Source: Dehalococcoidia bacterium (GTDB lineage: Bacteria; Chloroflexota; Dehalococcoidia; Bin125). Taken from it: a stretch of DNA of 13,546 bases. Below the pieces are notes generated by a model. That model did no database searches. It was given only the letters and a program-made list of their open reading frames with translations, and was not told the origin of the DNA. The position numbers and the translations under genes were made by a program. Shown here piece after piece: positions 7,348 through 13,546 of the stretch. Each line of letters opens with the position of its first letter. Position 1 is the stretch's first letter. Where the stretch lies: assembly GCA_963555985.3 (NCBI GenBank), contig CAUVXV020000005.1:1-13546 (forward strand). Reading direction: 5' to 3'.

Positions 7348-7376
7348 CTGACACAGAACGCAAGTGCGTATACGAT
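7348..7376 (+). promoter_or_regulatory. Sigma70-type promoter upstream of uORF-pth-hypothetical-mfd
   Basis: CTGACA (7348-7353), a 17-bp spacer, then TACGAT (7371-7376). Confidence 0.6.
7355..7368. promoter_or_regulatory. Possible LexA (GAAC-N4-GTTC type) SOS box within the promoter spacer
   Basis: AGAAC-GCAA-GTGCG has one mismatch to the GAAC-N4-GTTC core used by Firmicutes/Actinobacteria/Chloroflexi LexA. It lies between -35 and -10. Confidence 0.35.
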
Positions 7377-7418
7377 AGCTCGTGCCCAACGCTCTCCCGC
7401 CTCCACGCGGAGCCTGCC

Positions 7419-7649
7419 ATGACCACCCGCACCTTCCGCTCCCCGAGTCCGGATACGCCTGGACAAACTCGGATTCACCCGCTCATTTCCGCTCAGAACA
7501 TCGCAAAATCTGGACGAATCGAGCCAAATCTGGACAAATCTGGACTACCGACGGTGCTTTTCACCGGTACCGGCGGCGCATTCGCACATTTCGCCCGAGA
7601 AATTCCCCGAACCCCGCCAATTCCGCCCCGTGCGACATGGATCCGGTGA
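7419..7649 (+). CDS. Possible 76-aa Pro-rich upstream ORF/leader peptide of pth
   Basis: GGAG (7409-7412) lies 6 nt before the ATG. The stop TGA (7647-7649) is inside the pth RBS GGTGAGG. There is no recognisable homology and the ORF spans the decamer repeats, so it may be non-coding. Confidence 0.3.
   Translation: MTTRTFRSPSPDTPGQTRIHPLISAQNIAKSGRIEPNLDKSGLPTVLFTGTGGAFAHFAREIPRTPPIPPRATWIR
7445..7545 (+). repeat. Two blocks of 10-bp-period direct repeats (about AAATCTGGAC)
   Basis: GAGTCCGGAT / ACGCCTGGAC / AAACTCGGAT (7445-7474) and AAATCTGGAC / GAATCGAGCC / AAATCTGGAC / AAATCTGGAC (7506-7545). Confidence 0.8.
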
Positions 7650-7657
7650 GGCCGAAG

Positions 7658-8296
7658 ATGCCGAAACTCCTCTCCCGGCGCCGCGGACTGACCCCGCTTC
7701 AGGACGCCCGGCTGATCGTCGGCCTCGGCAACCCTGGGCCCGAATACGCGCGCCATCGCCACAACGCCGGCCTCCGCGCCGCCGAGCAGCTGTGCTCCCT
7801 GCTCAATCTCCCCAAGCCCGCACGCGAGCGCCACTTCCGCGTCTCCCAGGCGGAGACGCCCGTTGGTCCGGTCGCGGTGGTGCTGCCGCGCACCTTCATG
7901 AACGGATCGGGCAAGGCCGTCCAAGCCCTGCTCGACAAGTACCGCGCCGACCCCTCCGAGCTGATCCTGCTCGTTGACGAACTCGATCTCCCGCCGGGAC
8001 GCATCCGCATCCGTCCTCATGGTTCCGACGCCGGCCAGCGCGGGATGCGCTCGATTCGACAGGCGATCGGCGAGCTCAACTTCCCCCGCATTCGCATCGG
8101 CGTTGGGCGGCCGATCGTGGACGGACAGCCGTCCCGTCATCCCGACGACGTGGCCGATTACCTGCTCAGCGATCCCACGCCCGAACAGCGGCCCTTGCTC
8201 ACGCGAGCCGAGCGACAGGCGGCTGAGGCCGTCCTGCACATCCTCGAACATGACGTGGAATCCGCCATGAACGCCTACAACCGGACACCCAAGTGA
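7658..8296 (+). CDS. pth: Peptidyl-tRNA hydrolase (aminoacyl-tRNA hydrolase), 212 aa
   Basis: LIVGLGNPGPEY, RHNAG (catalytic His), PRTFMNGSG, DELDLPPGRIRIR, FPRIRIGVGRP, VADYLL and AMNAYN. The GGTGAGG RBS precedes ATG 7658; ATG 7637 is an alternative start. Confidence 0.95.
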   Translation: MPKLLSRRRGLTPLQDARLIVGLGNPGPEYARHRHNAGLRAAEQLCSLLNLPKPARERHFRVSQAETPVGPVAVVLPRTFMNGSGKAVQALLDKYRADPSELILLVDELDLPPGRIRIRPHGSDAGQRGMRSIRQAIGELNFPRIRIGVGRPIVDGQPSRHPDDVADYLLSDPTPEQRPLLTRAERQAAEAVLHILEHDVESAMNAYNRTPK

Positions 8297-8315
8297 GCCA
8301 GCGAAAGGAACTCCC

Positions 8316-9377
8316 ATGTCCAGCGACCGTTCAGCCGACGCCATCGGCGCTCTCGCCGCCTTCGCCATCGCCCGCTCGCTCTACCCGTCTGCGGTGGAGC
8401 TCGTCGAATACCTCTTGGATCACGATGAAGCTGAGATTCGCGCAGATGTCGATCATGCCTTAGCAACCGCAGCGCGTGCGCGCGAGCGAATCCAGCAACT
8501 CGCCGCCGATCGGCTGGGAGCGAACTCGGCCGACGCGCAAGCGCAGATCGAAACACTCGAAGCCGAACTCGGAGCCGAGCGTCAACGCGCCGCCGACCTG
8601 GAGTCGGACGCGAACCGGCGCGATCAACTCGCGCAAACCGAGGCCGAGGAACTCCGCCGCCGGTTAAGCGAGGCCGAGACCGCCCGTGAGCGCGATCTCA
8701 ACGAACTGCGCGCGGAACTCAGAAGCGCCCGGCAGGATCGCGAACAGCGCGAACGTGAACTCGCCGAAGCGAACGAGGAGCGCCACCGCATCCAGCTCAA
8801 GCTCGATACCTACGACGCCCTCATCCAGGACGGACGCGCGGTCGCCGCCGAACCCTCGGACGGATACGACGGCCCGCCCGTCCCCACGATCAGCGGCGTG
8901 ATCGCGGTGGCCCGCGAAGAGTGCGAGAACATCGTGATCTCCGACGCCGCGCCGCGCGAGATCGACGACCTCGAAGCAGACGAAAAGTCAGGCGACTGGG
9001 CGCGTGAACTCTGGAAGGCCCTGCGCGCGCTCGACGCCTACGCCGCCGAAGCCGAGTTCTTCAACGGCGGCTTCTGGGAGTGGTGCGAGCACACCAACAA
9101 CCCCCACGCCTGGCCCGCCTCCTCCAAGAAACTCGCCATGAGCGAGTCCGACACGATCATGAACTCCGGTCCGCTCCGGCGAGCGCGCCGCTTCCTGGTC
9201 GACCAGAAAATCGATCCCAGCGGCTACATCACGATGGAAGCGCACATGAAGATCGCCGAGGGCGGAGGGCAGCACATCCCTCGTCTCTACTTCCACGACG
9301 ACAGCAAAGGCCGCACCAACAAGATCCACATCGGCTTCATCGGCCCTCACCGCCTCGTCCCCACCACCCAGACCTGA
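8316..9377 (+). CDS. Hypothetical protein: long coiled coil + C-terminal alpha/beta domain (putative RelE/BECR-like ribonuclease), 353 aa
   Basis: AAAGGA RBS, 19 bp after the pth stop, host-like codon usage. E/R/L/A-rich coiled coil (about 8430-8830). C-terminus LAMSESDT...MEAHMKIAEGGG..PRLYFHDD..KIHIGFIGPH. The CDS is well supported; the fold call is inference. Confidence 0.75.
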   Translation: MSSDRSADAIGALAAFAIARSLYPSAVELVEYLLDHDEAEIRADVDHALATAARARERIQQLAADRLGANSADAQAQIETLEAELGAERQRAADLESDANRRDQLAQTEAEELRRRLSEAETARERDLNELRAELRSARQDREQRERELAEANEERHRIQLKLDTYDALIQDGRAVAAEPSDGYDGPPVPTISGVIAVAREECENIVISDAAPREIDDLEADEKSGDWARELWKALRALDAYAAEAEFFNGGFWEWCEHTNNPHAWPASSKKLAMSESDTIMNSGPLRRARRFLVDQKIDPSGYITMEAHMKIAEGGGQHIPRLYFHDDSKGRTNKIHIGFIGPHRLVPTTQT

Positions 9378-9394
9378 GAAAGCGCCGCCCAAGC

Positions 9395-9453
9395 CAGATC
9401 CCTCTCCCCCCGCACCGCGGGGGGAGATGTCCCGTGGGGACAGAGGGGGTCTG
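9395..9453. repeat. REP-like multi-hairpin palindromic element
   Basis: Perfect 11-bp stem TCTCCCCCCGC-ACC-GCGGGGGGAGA (9403-9427), 6-bp stem TGTCCC-GTG-GGGACA (9428-9442), and an imperfect closing stem CAGATCCC.../...GGGGTCTG. No U-tract follows. Confidence 0.7.
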
Positions 9454-9535
9454 AGCAGCGTTGGCCAAGAGACTGCCGTAAGCGCAGCCTCCTACACTCA
9501 ATCCCAACCCACGTAGCGGAGAAGGCTCAGCAGGC

Positions 9536-12500
9536 TTGACCGCGGCGAATCTCAGCGGCCACCACGACACCCCCGGCCTACTCGCCGGGCTCCAGCCGGC
9601 CGTGCGCAGCGCGCTTGCCGATTACCGCGATCAAGAGACGCTCGGAGTGCCGGACGCCGCCAAGCCCGCCCTGATCGCCGCGCTCGCTGCGGAGCACTCC
9701 GGTCCGGTCGTCGTACTCACTCCCACCCCGGCCGCAGCCGACGATCTGCTCGAGCAGCTGCCCATCTGGCTCGATCACGAACAACGGACGCGCCTGCGCC
9801 AGTTCCCTTCCCGCGACCTCGTGCCCTACGACCGCCAACCGCCTCCGGCGGACGTGATCGAAGCCCGTCTCGCTGCACTCGCCGCGCTTCGCTCTACTGA
9901 TCCGATCCTGATCACCGACGCCGACGCCGTGACGCAGCGCACGCTGGGCGCGGAATCCGTTCCGATCCGAATCGAGCGCGGCGGCCTTCTCCGGCTAGAC
10001 GCGCTGCTGCGCGCGCTCGATGCAGCCGGTTACCAGCGCGAGCGGCTGGTCGTCACACCCGCGACCTTCGCCGTGCGCGGAGGCATCATCGATCTTTGGC
10101 CCATCGTCGATGATCAGCCAGCACGGATCGAACTCTTCGGCGACGAGGTTGACTCGCTGCGCCGTTTCGACCCCGCCACACAGCGGTCGACCGGTTCCCT
10201 TGACGCAATCGAACTCCGACCCGCCCGCGAGTGGAATCCGAGCGCCGCCGAGGCGCGCCTGAACTCGCTGTTCGAGGACATCGGCGCCGCTCCTGGGAGG
10301 CCAGACTCGAGTGAGCCGGAACTCAGCGCTGAGGCCATCGCACTCAATCTGGATCTCGAGTGCTTGAGAGTCGGAGAGGCGCCCTCACGTCCCGACTTCT
10401 GGACGCCGTTCCTCGCTCCCGCGACGCTGTTCGAGCAGCTTCCGTCAAACACGCTCGTCCTGATCGACGAACTCCATGAAGCGCTCGCGCGAGCGGAGGA
10501 GCGCGACGCCCGCGCAGAGCACGCCCGCGCCGAACTGGAGCACGCGGCTCGAATCCCTCGCGGTCTGCCCCATCCCTGGCTCACCGCCGCCGAGCTCGAG
10601 CAGCGGCTCAGAGCGCTCACCTTGCCTCAGCGTCAGCTGTCACGTCTTGCCTCGGGCACGCGGCGGCTGCCCTTCCAGCCGGTCGAGCGTCTCGCCGGCA
10701 AACTCGCCGACCTCTTCGAGCGCTTGCGCCGCCAGGACGACGGCCCGCGCGCGCTGATTTCGCTCCAGGCCGCGCGGCTCTCGGAGTTGATGGGCGACTA
10801 CGGCATCCCCTTCCAGGCTCTCTCCGCCGGAGACGCCCCAAATGGGACGGCGGTCGCAGTCGCCCGCGCCCCCCTGAGCGAGGGCTGGCGGCTGATCGAT
10901 CCCGGCACAGACCGCTCCCGTCTCACCGTGATCACCGACACCGAAATCTTCGGCTTCACTCGCCAGCGCCAACGCCGCGCGACATCGCGCCGCGCTGTCC
11001 GCACTGCCGATCCACACCTGCTCGAAACCCTGCAACCCGGCGACTTCGTCGTCCACGTCGACTCCGGCATCGCCAAATTCCATGGCGTCGTGCTTGAAGA
11101 GATCGCAGGACGAACCGGCGAGTATCTCGATCTTCGCTACGCCCAGGGCGACCGTCTGCTCGTGCCCAGCGATCAGCTGCACCGCGTCCAGCCCTATGTA
11201 GGTCCGTCCGACCAGCCGCCAACCCTGACCCGGCTTGGTACCCAGCAGTGGACTCGCGCCAAACAGCGCGTTCGCGGCGCGGTCATTGAGATCGCAGAAG
11301 ACTTGCTCGAATTGCACGCAGCCCGCGAGACCATGCCCGGGATCGAGATCGATCCCGACAGCCCCTGGCAGATCGAACTCGAAGCCTCGTTCCCCTACAT
11401 CGAGACGCCCGACCAGCATCAAGCGATTGAAGAAGTTCGCGCCGATCAGGAGGCCGCCAAGCCGATGGATCGGCTGATCGTCGGAGATGTCGGCTACGGC
11501 AAGACCGAGATTGCGGTGCGGGCTGCGTTTAAGGCGATCATGTCGGGTCACCAGGTGGCCATGCTCGTCCCCACGACTGTGCTCACCCAACAGCATTTCG
11601 ACACGTTCAGCGAGCGTCTGGCCGCGATGAATGTCCGCGTTGCCTTGCTCTCACGGCAGTGCACGCCGGCTGAAGAGCGAGAGGTGCTGGCCGGTCTCAA
11701 ATCCGGCGCGGTCGATCTGGTGATTGGCACTCATCGCCTGATTCAGAAAGATGTCGCGTTTAGAGAGCTCGGGCTCGTGATCATCGACGAGGAGCAACGC
11801 TTCGGCGTCGTGCACAAGGAGGCGCTCAAGCGCCTCCGGCGCGAGGTTGATGTGCTCACGCTCACCGCCACCCCGATCCCGCGCTCGCTCCACCAGGCTG
11901 TGACCGGTATCCGCGACATGTCCACGATCGCGACGCCGCCCGAAGAGCGCTTACCCATCCACACGCAGGTGATGGAACGCGACGAGAGCGTGATCCGCGA
12001 GGCAATCCTGCGCGAGCGAGATCGCGGAGGGCAGACATACTTTCTCTACAACGAGGTACGCACGATCGAGCTGGAGACGCGTCGGCTGCGCGAACTCGTC
12101 CCAGAGGCGAGTTTCCTGATCGCTCACGGCCAAATGTCGCCTTCAATTCTGCGCCGAACCATGCACAAGTTCACGCACGGCGAAGCGGATGTACTGGTTT
12201 GCTCAACGATTATTGAGTCGGGACTCGATATTCCCCGCGTCAACACGATCATTATCGACCGCGCCGAACGGCTCGGTCTGGCCCAGCTCTATCAACTGCG
12301 TGGGAGGGTCGGCCGCGCCAGCGTTCGCGCCTACGCCTATCTGATGACCGCGCCCTATCGCTCGCTCAGCGAAACCGCCCAACGCCGGCTCGCCGCGATT
12401 CTGGACGCCTCAGAACTCGGCGCGGGCTTTCAGCTCGCACTTCGAGACCTGGAGATTCGCGGCGCGGGCAATCTACTCGGTCAGCAACAGTCGGGCCACA

Positions 12501-13037
12501 TCGGAGCGGTCGGATTCACGCTCTTCACCCAGCTGCTGGCGGAAGCAGTCGAGCAAGCCAAAGCTAAGCGCGAGCGCAAACCGCCGCCCCAACCTCGCCA
12601 GGGTCCGCAGGTCAGCATCGACCTCCCCCTCCCGCGCTATCTGCCCACGACCTACGTCGAGGATCTCGGTCTGCGCATGACCGTCTATCAGCGGCTAGCG
12701 GCGGCCGAAACAGCCGAGATGGTCGAAGCAATCGAGCAGGAGCTCGAAGATCGGTTCGGCGCCCTGCCGCTGCCGGCGTCGAACCTGCTCGGCGCAGTCA
12801 AACTGAAGACCCAAGCAGCGCGAATTGGGGCAGCGAGCATCCAATACGAGTCGGATGCGGTGGTCATTCGGCTCGCGCCCGGTCTCAGCTTCACACCGCG
12901 ACAGCGAGGGCTCTCGATGCCCTCGCAAGTAGTCCGTAGGTCGTACGCAGCTGAGGTACACACCGACACGACGACTAGCGGAAGCGGAGTGGGAAGAGGC
13001 GCTGTCGGAGGTGTTGCAAGAGCTAGCTACAATCTAG
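9536..13037 (+). CDS. mfd: Transcription-repair coupling factor Mfd (about 1166 aa); one-base frameshift near the C-terminus at 12934-12935
   Basis: UvrB-homology FAVRGGIIDLWP..RIELFGDEVDSLRRFDPATQRS; RID GDFVVHVDSGIAKF; Walker A GDVGYGKTE; DEEQRFGV; LTATPIPRSL; QLRGRVGR; TRG DLEIRGAGNLLG; TRCF domain. Removing one C gives a natural end VGRTQLRYTPTRRLAEAEWEEALSEVLQELATI* (TAG 13035-13037), rather than the track end of 13105, which overlaps the next gene. The TTG start is uncertain. Confidence 0.95.
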
Positions 13038-13067
13038 TACGGTTGTGCATCGAAGGAGGAAGGCAAA

Positions 13068-13546
13068 GTGCTCGAGACTCGCGAGCAGATGCAGCCGCAA
13101 ACTGAAGCTGGAACCGCAATGGCGAGGCTGGTGCGCGAGGCATGGCTAGCTACAGCGGAGATCGACGGGGTCGTTGACGGCGAAACCAGACAATCTGCGT
13201 TCCTGCTTGTGCTGGAGGCGATGCTTCGCAACGGCGAGTCTGCTGAGCCGGCCTCGCAAACCGAAAGCGCCGACCCATTCGATGCGTCGTTTCAACCCAT
13301 CGAACAGGACGATCTGTACCCCACGCCGGAACTGCGAACGGATGCCATTTCCGCCTATCTCAGAATCGAGTCTGGCCAAGGTTTCGCTGTTGTATTCCGT
13401 TGATCAGGCCGCGCCAATGCTGCAACTGAATGCGAACCGATTCTCGTCTGCGAAGTTGATGACCATGCGCGAAATCACTCTGTTGCTGTTGGGCGCGCGT
13501 ACCGCAGTCGCTCTCGATACTGAGATGGAAGACGCACGACACGCGG
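13068..13546 (+). CDS. Hypothetical protein, probably frameshifted at 13380-13381 and running off the window edge
   Basis: GGAGG RBS before GTG 13068 (ATG 13089 and 13119 are alternatives). Removing one G continues the frame as QVSLLYSVDQAAPMLQLNANRFSSAKLMTMREITLLLLGARTAVALDTEMEDARHA, open to the window end. Confidence 0.6.

Noticed and set aside
7445-7545. CRISPR array interpretation of the decamer repeats (also 1747-1790)
   Set aside because: The units are 10 bp and contiguous, with no unique spacers and no cas genes.
7382-7657. 92-aa N-terminal extension of Pth (start 7382)
   Set aside because: No RBS, the start lies at or before the predicted TSS, and there is no Pth similarity. An RBS supports 7658. 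A leaderless start cannot be fully excluded.
7309-7660. Chromosomal oriC
   Set aside because: Only one DnaA box, no AT-rich unwinding element, and no dnaA/dnaN/gidA-type neighbours in the window.
9395-9460. Rho-independent terminator
   Set aside because: The stems are strong but there is no poly-U on either strand, so it is treated as REP-like instead.
13038-13105. Mfd C-terminus as given in the ORF track
   Set aside because: It is the out-of-frame product of the extra C at 12934-12935 and would overlap the next gene's RBS and start.

Overview
GC-rich bacterial chromosomal window. Chloroflexota/Dehalococcoidia-like origin is inferred from pth-mfd linkage, the style of the Mfd C-terminus and split ACD subunits. 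The core genes are an Asp-nucleophile alpha/beta hydrolase (partial), a small excisionase/BldC-type HTH protein, an NDP-forming acyl-CoA synthetase beta+alpha pair, a tail-anchored DUF1640/CCDC90-like coiled-coil protein, a four-domain rhodanese, pth and mfd. Two accessory-looking single genes are candidate RNase-type defence effectors: a Schlafen/AlbA_2 + HATPase_c_4 protein whose usual wHTH tail is replaced by a beta-rich (Ig/transthyretin-like) domain, and a coiled-coil protein with a putative RelE-like C-terminus inserted between pth and mfd. Non-coding features include related 10-bp-period direct-repeat arrays (about AAATCYGRAC) at two separate loci; a pth upstream region with a perfect DnaA box, a sigma70 promoter with a LexA-like box in its spacer, and a possible 76-aa uORF; a structured RBS-enclosing leader; and a REP-like multi-hairpin. 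Five genes each carry one extra base in a short homopolymer, most likely long-read consensus errors. No tRNA, rRNA, CRISPR array, integrase or transposase was seen.
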